64,000 nt of DNA from Eledone cirrhosa (lineage: Eukaryota). A program made the position numbers and the translations under genes. Under the pieces are notes generated by a model, which was not told the origin of the DNA, made no database searches, and saw only the letters and a list, made by a program, of their open reading frames with translations. Below, piece by piece: positions 28,501-43,500 of the stretch; within the stretch, counting starts at the first letter, position 1; every line of letters begins with the position of its first letter. The stretch spans positions 84,444,001-84,508,000 of the forward strand of contig OZ024741.1 in the NCBI GenBank assembly GCA_964016885.1, in the 5' to 3' direction.

Positions 28501-31500
28501 CACCACCACTAAAGGTACAACCGTCAACACCATCACTAAAGGTACAACCGTCAACACCAACACTGAAGGTACAACCGTCAACACCACCACTAAAGGTACA
28601 ACCGTCAACACCACCACTAAAGGTACAACCGTCAACACCACCACTAAAGTTACAACTGTCAACACCACCACTGAAGGTACAGCCATCAACAACACCACTA
28701 AAGGTACAACCGTCAACACCACCACTAAAGGTACAACTGTCAACACCACCACTGAAGGTACAGCCATCAACACCACCACTAAAGGTACAACCGTCAACAC
28801 CACCACTAAAGGTACAACTGTCAACACCACCACTGAAGGTACAGCCATCAACACCACCACTAAAGGTACAACCGTCAACACCACCACTAAAGGTACAACC
28901 GTCAACACCACCACTAAAGTTACAACTGTCAACACCACCACTGAAGGTACAGCCATCAACACCACCACTAAAGGTACAACCGTCAACACCACCACTAAAG
29001 GTACAACCGTCAACACTACCACTAAAGGTACAGCCATCAACACCACCACTAAAGGTACAAGCTTCAACACTACCACTAAAGGTACAACCATCAACACCAC
29101 CACTAAAGGTACAACCGTCAACACTACCACTAAAGGTACAACCATCAACACCACCACTAAAGGTACAACCGTCAACACCACCACTATAGGTACAACCGTC
29201 AACACCACCACTAAAGGTACAACCTTCAACACCACCACTGAAGGTACAACCGTCAACACCACAACTAAAGGTACAACTGTCAACACCACAACTAAAGGTA
29301 CAACTGTCAACACCAACACTAAAGGTACAACTGTCAACTCCAGCACTAAAGGTATAACTGTCACCACCACCACAGAAGGTACAACCATCAACACCACCAC
29401 TAAATGTTCAACCATCAACACCATCACTAAAGGTACAACCATCAACACCACCACTAAAAGTAGAACCGTCAACACCACCACTGAAGGTACAACCGTCAAC
29501 ACCACCACTAATGGTACAACTGTCAACACCACCACTAAAGGTACAACCATCAACACCACCACGAAAGGTACAAACATCAACACCACCACTGAAGGTACAA
29601 CTGTCAACACCACCACTAAAGGTACAAATGTCAACACCACCACTAAAAGTACAACCGTCAACACCACCACTAAAGGTACAACCGTCAACACCACCACTAA
29701 AGGTACAACCATCAACACCACCACTAAAGGTACAACCGTCAACACCACCACTAAAGGTACAACCATCAACACCACCACTAAAGGTACAACTGTCAACACC
29801 ACCACTGAAGGTACAACTGTCAACACCACCACGAAAGGTACAACCGTCAAACCACCACTGAAGGTACAACTGTCAACACCACCACTGAAGGTACAACTGT
29901 CAACACGACCACTGAAGGTACAACTGTCAACACCACCACTGAAGGTACAACTGTCAACACCACCACTGAAGGTACAACTGTCAACACCACCACGAAAGGT
30001 ACAACCCTCAACACCACCACTAAAGGTACAGCCGTCAACACCACCACTAAAGGTACAACCATCAACACCACCACGAAAGGTACAACCGTCAACACCACCA
30101 CTAAAGGTACAACCGTCAAAACCACCACTAAAGGTACAACCATCAACACCACCACTAAAGGTACAACCGTCAACACGACCACTGAAGGTACAACCGTCAA
30201 AACCACCATTAAGGTACAACCGTCAACACGACCACTGAAGGTACAACCATCAACACCACCACTAAAGGTACACCCGTCAACACCACCACTAAAGGTATAA
30301 CCGTCAACACCACCACTAAAGGTACAACCATTAACACCACCACGAAAGGTACAACTCTCAACACCACCACTAAAGATACAACCCAAAACATCAACACTAA
30401 AGGTACAACTGTCAACACCACCACTAAAGGTACAACCGTCAACAACACTACCGAAGGTACAACCATCAACACCACCACTGAAGGTACACCCGTCAACACC
30501 ACCACTAAAGGTATAACCGTCAACACCACCTCTAAAGGTATAACCATTAACACCACCACGAAAGGTACAACCATTAACACCACCACTAAAGGTACAACTG
30601 TCAACACCACCACTAAAGGTACAACCGTCAACACCACCACTAAAGGTACAACCATTAACACCACCACGAAAGGTACAACTCTCAACACCACCACTAAAGA
30701 TACAACCCAAAACATCAACACTAAAGGTACAACTGTCAACACCACCACTAAAGGTACAACCGTCAACAACACCACCGAAGGTACAACCATCAACACCACC
30801 ACTGAAGGTACACCCGTCAACACCACCACTAAAGGTATAACCGTCAACACCACCACTAAAGGTACAACCATTAACACCACCACGAAAGGTACAACTCTCA
30901 ACACCACCACTAAAGATACAACCCAAAACATCAACACTAAAGGTACAACTGTCAACACCACCACTGAAGGTACAACTGTCAACACCACCACGAAAGGTAC
31001 AAACATCAACACGACCACTGAAGGTACAACCGTCAACGCCACCACTAAAGGTACAACCGTCAACACCACCACTAAAGGTACAACTGTCAACACCACCACC
31101 AAAGGTACAACTGTCAACACCACCATTAAAGGTACAACCGTCAACACCACCAGTAAAGGTACAACCATTAACACCACCACTAAAGGTACAACTGTCAACA
31201 CCACCACTAAAGGTACAACCGTCAACACCACCGCTAAAGGTACAACCATCAACACCACCACTAAAGGTACAACCGTCAACACCACCACTAAAGGTACAAC
31301 CATCAACACCACCACTAAAGGTACAACCGTCAACACCACCACTAAAGGTACAACCGTCAACACCACCACTAAAGGTACAACCGTCAACACCACCACTAAA
31401 GGTACAACCGTCAACACCACCACTAAAGGTACAACCGTCAACACCACTACGAAAGGTACAACTGTCAATACCACCACTAAAGGTACAAACGTCAACACCA

Positions 31501-34500
31501 CCACTAAAGGTACAACCATCAACACCACCACTAAAGGTACAACCGTCAACACCACCACGAAATGTACAACCGTCAACACCACCACTGAAGGTACAGTCAT
31601 CAACACCACCACTGAAGGTACAACCATCAATACCACCACTAAAGGTACAACCGTCAACACCACCACGAAATGTACAACCGTCAACACCACCACTGAAGGT
31701 ACAGTCATCAACACCACCACTGAAGGTACAGTCATCAACACCACCACTGAAGGTACAACCGTCAACACCACCACCAAAGGTACAACCTTCAACACCACGA
31801 CCAAAGGTACAACCGTCAACACCACCACGAAAGGTACAAACATCAACACCACCACTGAAGGTACAACCGTCAACACCACCACTAAAGGTACAACCGTCAA
31901 CACCACCACTAAAGGTACAACCGTCAACACCACCACTAAAGGTACAACTGTCAACACCACCACTAAAGGTACAACCGTCAACACCACCACTGAAAGTACA
32001 ACCGTCAACACCACCACTAAAGGTACAACCGTCAACACCACCACTGAAGGTACAACCGTCAACACCACCACTAAAGGTACAACCGTCAACACCACCACTG
32101 AAGGTACAACCGTCAACACCACCACTAAAGGTACAACCATCAACACCACCACTAAAGGTACAACCATTAACACCACCACTAAAGGTACAACTGTCAACAC
32201 CACCACTAAAGGTACAACTGTCAACACCACCACTAAAGGTACAACCATTAACACCACCACTAAAGGTACAACTGTCAACACCACCACTAAAGGTACAACC
32301 GTCAACACCACCACTAAAGGTACAACCATTAACACCACCACTAAAGGTACAACTGTCAACACCACCACTAAAGGTACAACCGTCAACACCACCACTAAAG
32401 GTACAACCATCAACACCACCACGAAAGGTACAACCATCAACACCACCACGAAAGGTACAACCGTCAACACCACCACTAGAGGTACAACCATTAACACCAC
32501 CAGTAAAGGTACAACTGTCAACACCACCACTAAAGGTACAACCGTCAACACCACCACTAAAGGTACAACCATCAACACCACCACTAAAGGTACAACCATT
32601 AACACCACCACTAAAGGTACAACTGTCAACACCACCACTAAAGGTACAACCGTCAACACCACCACTAAAGGTACAACCATTAACACCACCACTAAAGGTA
32701 CAACTGTCAACACCACCACTAAAGGTACAACCGTCAACACCACCACTAAAGGTACAACCATTAACAACACCACTGAAGGTACAACTGTCAACACCACCAC
32801 GAAAGGTACAACCGTCAAACCACCACTGAATGTACAACTGTCAACACCACCACTGAAGGTACAACTGTCAACACGACCACTGAAGGTACAACTGTCAACA
32901 CCACCACTGAAGGTACAACTGTCAACACCACCACTGAAGGTACAACTGTCAACACCACCACGAAAGGTACAACCCTCAACACCACCACTAAAGGTACAGC
33001 CGTCAACACCACCACTAAAGGTACAACCATCAACACCACCACGAAAGGTACAACCGTCAACACCACCACTAAAGGTACAACCGTCAAAACCACCACTAAA
33101 GGTACAACCATCAACACCACCACTAAAGGTACAACCGTCAACACGACCACTGAAGGTACAACCGTCAAAACCACCACTAAAGGTACAACCGTCAACACGA
33201 CCACTGAAGGTACAACCATCAACACCACCACTAAAGGTACACCCGTCAACACCAACACTAAAGGTATAACCGTCAACACCACCACTAAAGGTACAACCAT
33301 TAACACCACCACGAAAGGTACAACTCTCAACACCACCACTAAAGGTACAACCATCAACACCACCACGAAAGGTACAACCATCAACACGACCACTGAAGGT
33401 ACAACCATCAACACCACCACTAAAGGTACAACCGTCAACACGACCACTGAAGGTACAACCATCAACACCACCACTAAAGGTACATCCGTCAACACCACCA
33501 CTAAAGGTATAACCGTCAACACCACCACTAAAGGTACAACCATTAACACCACCACGAAAGGTACAACTCTCAACACCACCACTAAAGATACAACCCAAAA
33601 CATCAACACTAAAGGTACAACTGTCAACACCACCACTAAAGGTACAACCGTCAACAACACCACCGAAGGTACAACCATCAACACCACCACTGAAGGTACA
33701 CCCGTCAACACCACCACTAAAGGTACAACCATCAACACCACCACTGAAGATACAACCATCAACACCACCACGAAAGGAACAACCGTCAACACCACCACTA
33801 AAGGTACAACCGTCAACACCACCAGTAAAGGTACAACCGTCAACACCACCACCAAAGATACAACCATCAACACCACCACTAAAGGTACAACCGTCAACAC
33901 CACCACTGAAGGTACAACCGTCAACACCACCACTAAAGATACAACCCTCAACATCACCACTAAAGGTACAACCGTCAACACCACCACTAAAGATACAACC
34001 ATCAACACCACCACTAAAGGTACAACCGTCAACACCACCAAAGGTACAACCATCAACACCGTCACTAAAGGTAGAACCGTCAACACCACCACTAAAGGTA
34101 CAACCATCAACACCACCACTGAAGGTACAACTGTCAACACCACCACTAAAGGTACAACTGTCAACACCACCACTAAAGGTACAAACATCAACACCACCAC
34201 TGAAGGTACAGCCATCAACACGCCCACTGAAGGTACAACTGTCAACACCACCACTAAAGGTACAACTGTCAACACCACCACCAAAGGTACAACTGTCAAC
34301 ACCACCATTAAAGGTACAACCGTCAACACCACCACTAAAGGTACAACTGTCAACACCACCACCAAAGGTACAACTGTCAACACCACCACTAAAGGTACAA
34401 CCATTAACACCACCACTAAAGGTACAACTGTCAACACAACCACTGAAGGTACAACTGTCAACACCACCACGAAAGGTACAAACATCAACACCACCACTGA

Positions 34501-37500
34501 AGGTACAGCCATCAACACGCCCACTGAAGGTACAACTGTCAACACCACCACTAAAGGTACAACTGTCAACACCACCACCAAAGGTACAACTGTCAACACC
34601 ACCATTAAAGGTACAACCGTCAACACCACCACTAAAGGTACAACTGTCAACACCACCACCAAAGGTACAACTGTCAACACCACCACTAAAGGTACAACCA
34701 TTAACACCACCACTAAAGGTACAACTGTCAACACAACCACTGAAGGTACAACTGTCAACACCACCACGAAAGGTACAAACATCAACACCACCACTGAAGG
34801 TACAGCCATCAACACGACCACTGAAGGTACAACCGTCAACACCACCACTAAAGGTACAACTGTCAACACCACCACCAAAGGTACAACTGTCAACACCACC
34901 ATTAAAGGTACAACCGTCAACACCACCACTAAAGGTACAACTGTCAACACCACCACCAAAGGTACAACTGTCAACACCACCATTAAAGGTACAACCGTCA
35001 ACACCACCACTAAAGGTACAACCGTCAACACCACCACTAAAGGTACAGCCGTCAACACCACCACTGAAGGTACAACCGTCAACACCACCACTAAAGGTAC
35101 AACCGTCAACACCACCACTAAAGGTACAACCGTCAACACCACCACTAAAGGTACAACCGTCAACACCACCACGAAAGGTACAACTGTCAATACCACCACT
35201 GAAGGTACAGTCATCAACACCACCACTGAAGGTACAACCATCAACACCACCACTAAAGGTACAACCGTCAACACCACCACGAAAGGTACAAACATCAACA
35301 ACACCACTGAAGGTACAGCCATCAACACCACCACTGAGGGTACAGCCGTCAACACCACCACTGAAGGTACAACCGTCAACACCACCACTAAAGGTACAAC
35401 TGTCAACACCACCACCAAAGGTACAACCTTCAACACCACCACTGAAGGTACAACCGTCAACACCACCACTAAAGGTACAACCGTCAACACCACCACTAAA
35501 GGTACAACTGTCAACACCACCACTGAAGGTACAACCGTCAACACCACCAGTAAAGGTACAACTGTCAACACCACCACTAAATGTACAACCGTCAACACCA
35601 CCACTAAAGGTACAACTGTCAACACCACCACTGAAGGTACAACCGTCAACACCACCAGTAAAGGTACAACTGTCAACACCACCACTAAAGGTACAACCGT
35701 CAACACCACCACTAAAGGTACAACTGTCAACACCACCACTAAAGGTACAACCGTCAACACCACCACTAAAGGTACAACCGTCAACACCACCACTGAAAGT
35801 ACAACCGTCAACACCACCACTAAAGGTACAACCGTCAACACCACCACTGAAGGTACAACCGTCAACACCACCACTAAAGGTACAACCGTCAACACCACCA
35901 CTGAAGGTACAACCGTCAACACCACCACTAAAGGTACAACCATCAACACCACCACTAAAGGTACAACCATTAACACCACCACTAAAGGTACAACTGTCAA
36001 CACCACCACTAAAGGTACAACTGTCAACACCACCACTAAAGGTACAACCATTAACACCACCACTAAAGGTACAACTGTCAACACCACCACTAAAGGTACA
36101 ACCGTCAACACCACCACTAAAGGTACAACCATTAACACCACCACTAAAGGTACAACTGTCAACACCACCACTAAAGGTACAACCGTCAACACCACCACTA
36201 AAGTTACAACCATCAACACCACCACGAAAGGTACAACCATCAACACCACCACGAAAGGTACAACCGTCAACACCACCACTAAAGGTACAACCATTAACAC
36301 CACCACTAAAGGTACAACTGTCAACACCACCACTAAAGGTACAACCGTCAACACCACCACTAAAGGTACAACCATTAACACCACCACTAAAGGTACAACT
36401 GTCAACACCACCACTAAAGGTACAACCGTCAACACCACCACTAAAGGTACAACCATCAACACCACCACGAAAGGTACAACCGTCAACACCACCACTAAAG
36501 GTACAACCGTCAACACCACCACTGAAGGTACAACCGTCAACACCACCACTAAAGGTACAACCGTCAACACCACCACTAAAGGTACAACTGTCAACACCAC
36601 CACTAAAGGTACAACCGTCAACACCACCACTAAAGGTACAACTGTCAACACCACCACTAAAGGTACAACCTTCAACACCACCACTGAAGGTACAACCTTC
36701 AACACCACCACTGAACGTACAACCGTCAACACCACCACTAAAGGTACAACTGTCAACACCACCACTAAAGGTACAACCATCAACACCACCACTGAAGGTA
36801 CAGCCATCAACACCACCACTAAAGGTACAACCGTCAACACCACCACTGAAGGTACAGCCATCAACACCACCACTAAAGGTACAACCGTCCACACCACCAC
36901 CAAAGGTACAACCATCAACACCACGACTGAAGGTACAACCATCAACACCACCACTAAAGGTACAACCGTCAACACCACCACTAAAGGTACAAGCTTCAAC
37001 ACCACCACTGAAGGTACAACCATCAACACCACCACTAAAGGTAGAACTGTCAACACCACCACTAAAGGTACAACCGTCAACACCACCACCAAAGGTACAA
37101 CCATCAACACCACCACTGAAGGTACAACCATCAACACCACCACGAAAGGTACAACCGTCAACACCACCACCAAAGGTACAACCATCAACACCACCACTGA
37201 AGGTACAACCATCAACACCACCAGTAAAGGTACAACCATCAACACCACACCGAAAGGTACAACCGTGAACACCACCACTAAAGGTACAACCGTCAAACCA
37301 CCACTGAAGGTACAACTGTCAACACCACCACTGAAGGTACAACTGTCAACACCACCACGAAAGGTACAACCGTCAAACCACCACTGAAGGTACAACTGTC
37401 AACACCACCACTGAAGGTACAACTGTCAACACGACCACTGAAGGTACAACTGTCAACACCACCACTGAAGGTACAACTGTCAACACCACCACTGAAGGTA

Positions 37501-40500
37501 CAACTGTCAACTCCACCACGAAAGGTACAACCCTCAACACCACCACTAAAGGTACAGCCGTCAACACCACCACTAAAGGTACAACCATCAACACCACCAC
37601 GAAAGGTACAACCGTCAACACCACCACTAAAGGTACAACCGTCAAAACCACCACTAAAGGTACAACCATCAACACCACCACTAAAGGTACAACCGTCAAC
37701 ACGACCACTGAAGGTACAACCGTCAAAACCACCACTAAAGGTACAACCGTCAACACGACCACTGAAGGTACAACCATCAACACCACCACTAAAGGTACAC
37801 CCGTCAACACCACCACTAAAGGTATAACCGTCAACACCACCACTAAAGGTACAACCATTAACACCACCACGAAAGGTACAACTCTCAACACCACCACTAA
37901 AGGTACAACCATCAACACCACCACGAAAGGTACAACCATCAACACGACCACTGAAGGTACAACCATCAACACCACCACTAAAGGTACAACCGTCAACACG
38001 ACTACTGAAGGTACAACCATCAACACCACCACTAAAGGTACACCCGTCAACACCACCACTAAAGGTATAACCGTCAACACCACCACTAAAGGTACAACTC
38101 TCAACACCACCACTAAAGATACAACCCAAAACATCAACACTAAAGGTGCAACTGTCAACACCACCACTAAAGGTACAACCATCAACACCACCACTGAAGG
38201 TACACCCGTCAACACCACCACTAAAGGTATAACCGTCAACACCACCACTAAAGGTACAACCATTAACACCACCACGAAAGGTACAACTCTCAACACCACC
38301 ACTAAAGATACAACCCAAAACATCAACACTAAAGGTACAACTGTCAACACCACCACTAAAGGTACAACCGTCAACAACACCACCGAAGGTAAACCATCAA
38401 CACCACCACTGAAGGTACACCCGTCAACACCACCACTAAAGGTATAACCGTCAACACCACCACTGAAGGTACAGCCATCAACACCACCACTGAGGGTACA
38501 GCCGTCAACACCACCACTGAAGGTACAACCGTCAACACCACCACTAAAGGTACAACTGTCAACACCACCACCAAAGGTACAACCTTCAACACCACCACTG
38601 AAGGTACAACCGTCAACACCACCACTAAAGGTACAACCGTCAACACCACCACTAAAGGTACAACTGTCAACACCACCACTGAAGGTACAACCGTCAACAC
38701 CACCAGTAAAGGTACAACTGTCAACACCACCACTAAATGTACAACCGTCAACAACACCACCGAAGGTAAACCATCAACACCACCACTGAAGGTACACCCG
38801 TCAACACCACCACTAAAGGTATAACCGTCAACACCACCACTAAAGGTACAACCATTAACACCACCACGAAAGGTACAACTCTCAACACCACCACTAAAGA
38901 TACAACCCAAAACATCAACACTAAAGGTACAACTGTCAACACCACCACTAAAGGTACAACCGTCAACAACACCACCGAAGGTACAACCATCAACACCACC
39001 ACTAAAGGTACAACTGTCAACACTGCCACTAAAGGTACAACCGTCAACACCACCACCGAAGGTACAACCATCAACACCACCACGAAAGGTACAACCATCA
39101 ACACCACCACGAAAGGAACAACCGTCAACACCACCACTAAAGGTACAACTGTCAACACCACCACTAAAGGTACGACCATCAACACCACCCCGAAATGTAC
39201 AACCGTCAACACCACCAGTAAAGGTACAACCGTCAACACCACCACCAAAGATACAGCCATCAACACCACCACTAAAGGTACAACCGTCAACACCACCACT
39301 AAAGATACAACCCTCAACATCACCACTAAAGGTACAACCATCAACACCACCACTAAAGGTACAACCGTCAACACCACCAAAGGTACAACCATCAACACCA
39401 CCACTAAAGGTACAACCGTCAACACCACCACTAAAGGTACAACCGTCAACACCACCACTGAAGGTACAACTGTCAACACCACCACGAAAGGTACAAACAT
39501 CAACACCACCACTGAAGGTACAACCGTCAACACGACCACTGAAGGTACAACCGTCAACACCACCACTGAAGGTACAACCGTCAACACCACCACTAAAGGT
39601 ACAACTGTCAACACCACCACCAAATGTACAACTGTCAACACCACCATTAAAGGTACAACCGTCGACACCACCAGTAAAGGTACAACCATTAACACCACCA
39701 CTAAAGGTACAACTGTCAACACCACCACTAAAGGTACAACCGTCAACACCACCGCTAAAGGTACAACCATCACCACCACCACTAAAGGTACAACCGTCAA
39801 CACCACCACTAAAGGTACAACCATCAACACCACAACTAAAGGTACAACCGTCAACACCACCACTAAAGGTACAACCGTCAACACCACCGCTAAAGGTACA
39901 ACCATCACCACCACCACTAAAGGTACAACCGTCAACACCACCACTAAAGGTACAACCATCAACACCACAACTAAAGGTACAACCGTCAACACCACCACTA
40001 AAGGTACAACCGTCAACACCAACACTAAAGGTACAACCGTCAACACCACCACGAAAGGTACAACTGTCAATACCACCACTAAAGGTACAAACGTCAACAC
40101 CACCACTAAAGGTACAACCGTCAACACCACCACGAAAGGTACAAACATCAACACCACCACTGAAGGTACAGTCATCAACACCACCACTGAAGGTACAACC
40201 GTCAACACCACCACTAAAGGTACAACCGTCAACACCACCACTAAAGGTACAACTGTCAACACCACCACTGAAGGTACAACCGTCAACACCACCAGTAAAG
40301 GTACAACTGTCAACACCACCACTAAAGGTACAACTGTCAACACCACCACTAAAGGTACAACCGTCAACACCACCACTAAAGGTACAACTGTCAAGACCAC
40401 CACTAAAGGTACAACCGTCAACACCACCACTGAAAGTACAACCGTCAACACCACCACTAAAGGTACAACTGTCAACACCACCACTAAAGGTACAACTGTC

Positions 40501-43500
40501 AACACCACCACTAAAGGTACAACCATTAACACCACCACTAAAGGTACAACTGTCAACACCACCACTAAAGGTACAACCGTCAACACCACCACTAAAGGTA
40601 CAACCATTAACACCACCACTAAAGGTACAACTGTCAACACCACCACTAAAGGTACAACCGTCAACACCACCACTAAAGGTACAACCATTAACACCACCAC
40701 TAAAGGTACAACTGTCAACACCACCACTAAAGATACAGCCGTCAACACCACCACTAAAGGTACAACCGTCAACACCACCACTGAAGGTACAACCATTAAC
40801 ACCACCACTAAAGGTACAACCGTCAACACCACCACTAAAGGTACAACCATCAACACCACCACGAAAGGTACAACCGTCAACACCACCACTAAAGGTACAA
40901 CCGTCAACACCACCACTGAAGGTACAACCGTCAACACCACCACTAAAGGTACAACCGTCAACACCACCACTAAAGGTACAACTGTCAACACCACCACTAA
41001 AGGTACAACCGTCAACACCACCACTGAAGGTACAACCGTCAACACCACCACTAAAGGTACAACCGTCAACACCACCACTAAAGGTACAACTGTCAACACC
41101 ACCACTAAAGGTACAACCGTCAACACCACCACTGAAGGTACAACCGTCAACACCACCACTAAAGGTACAACTGTCAACACCACCACTAAAGGTACAGCCT
41201 TCAACACCACCACTGAAGATACAACCTTCAACACCACCACTGAAGGTACCACCGTCAACACCACCACTAAAGGTACAACTGTCAACACCACCACTAAAGG
41301 TACAACCATCAACACCACCACTGAAGGTACAGCCATCAACACCACCACTAAAGGTAAAACCGTCAACACCACCACTGAAGGTACAGCCATCAACACCACC
41401 ACTAAAGGTACAACCGTCAACACCACCACCAAAGGTACAACCATCAACACCACGACTGAAGGTACAACCATCAACACCACCACTAAAGGTACAACTGTCA
41501 ACACTGCCACTAAAGGTACAACCGTCAACACCACCACTAAAGGTACAAGCTTCAACACCACCACTGAAGGTACAACCGTCAACACCACCACGAAAGGTAC
41601 AAACATCAACACTGCCACTAAAGGTACAACCATCAACACCACCACTGAAGGTACAAACATCAACACCACCACTAAAGGTACAACCGTCAACACCACCACT
41701 AAAGGTACAACCATCAACACCACCACTAAAGGTACAACCATCAACACCACCACTAAAGGTACAAACATCAACACCACCACTGAAGGTACAACCATCAACA
41801 CCACCACTAAAGGTACAAACATCAACACCACCACTAAAGGTACAACCGTCAACACCACCACTAAAGGTACAACCGTCAACACCACCACCAAAGGTACAAC
41901 CATCAACACCACCACTGAAGGTACAACCATCAACACCACCACTAAAGGTACAAACATCAACACCACCACTGAAGGTACAACCATCAACACCACCACTGAA
42001 GGTACAACCGTCAACACCACCACCAAAGGTACAACCATCAACACCACCACTAAAGGTACAACCATCAACACCACCACTAAAGGTACAAACATCAACACCA
42101 CCACTGAAGGTACAACCATCAACACCACCACTAAAGGTACAAACATCAACACCACCACTAAAGGTACAACCGTCAACACCACCACTAAAGGTACAACCGT
42201 CAACACCACCACCAAAGGTACAACCATCAACACCACCACTGAAGGTACAACCATCAACACCACCACCAAAGGTACAACCGTCAACACCACCACCAAAGGT
42301 ACAACCATCAACACCACCACTGAAGGTACAACCATCAACACCACCCCGAAAGGTACAACCGTGAACACCACCACTAAAGGTACAACCGTCAACACCACCA
42401 CCAAAGGTACAACCATCAACACCACCACTGAAGGTACAACCATCAACACCACCAGTAAAGGTACAACCATCAACACCACCCCGAAAGGTACAACCGTGAA
42501 CACCACCACTAAAGGTACAACCATCAACACCACCACTAAAGGTACAAACATCAACACCACCACTGAAGGTACAACCATCAACACCACCACTAAAGGTACA
42601 AACATCAACACCACCACTAAAGGTACAACCGTCAACACCACCACTAAAGGTACAACCATCAACACCACCACTAAAGGTACAACCATCAACACCACCACTA
42701 AAGGTACAAACATCAACACCACCACTGAAGGTACAACCATCAACACCACCACTAAAGGTACAAACATCAACACCACCACTAAAGGTACAACCGTCAACAC
42801 CACCACTAAAGGTACAACCGTCAACACCACCACCAAAGGTACAACCATCAACACCACCACTGAAGGTACAACCATCAACACCACCACTAAAGGTACAACT
42901 GTCAACACCACCACTAAAGATACAACCATTAACACCACCACTAAAGGTACAACCATCAACACCACCACTAAAGGTACAACCGTCAACACCACCACTAAAG
43001 GTACAACCATTAACACCACCAATAAAGGTACAACTGTCAACACCACCACTAAAGGTACAACCGTCAACACCACCACTAAAGGTACAACTGTCAACACCAC
43101 CACTAAAGGTACAACTGTCAACACCACCACTAAAGGTACAACCGTCAACACCACCACTAAAGGTACAACTGTCAACACCACCACTAAAGGTACAACCATT
43201 AACACCACCAATAAAGGTACAACCATCAACACCACCACTAAAGGTACAACCGTCAACACCACCACTAAAGGTACAACCGTCAACACCATCACTGAAGGTA
43301 CAACCGTCAACACCACCACTAAAGGTGCAACCGTCAACACCACCACTAAAGGTACAACCGTCAACACCATCACTGAAGGTACAACCGTCAACACCACCAC
43401 TAAAGGTACAACTGTCAACACCACCACTAAAGGTACAACCGTCAACACCACCACTAAAGGTACAACTGTCAACACCACCACTAAAGGTACAACTGTCAAC

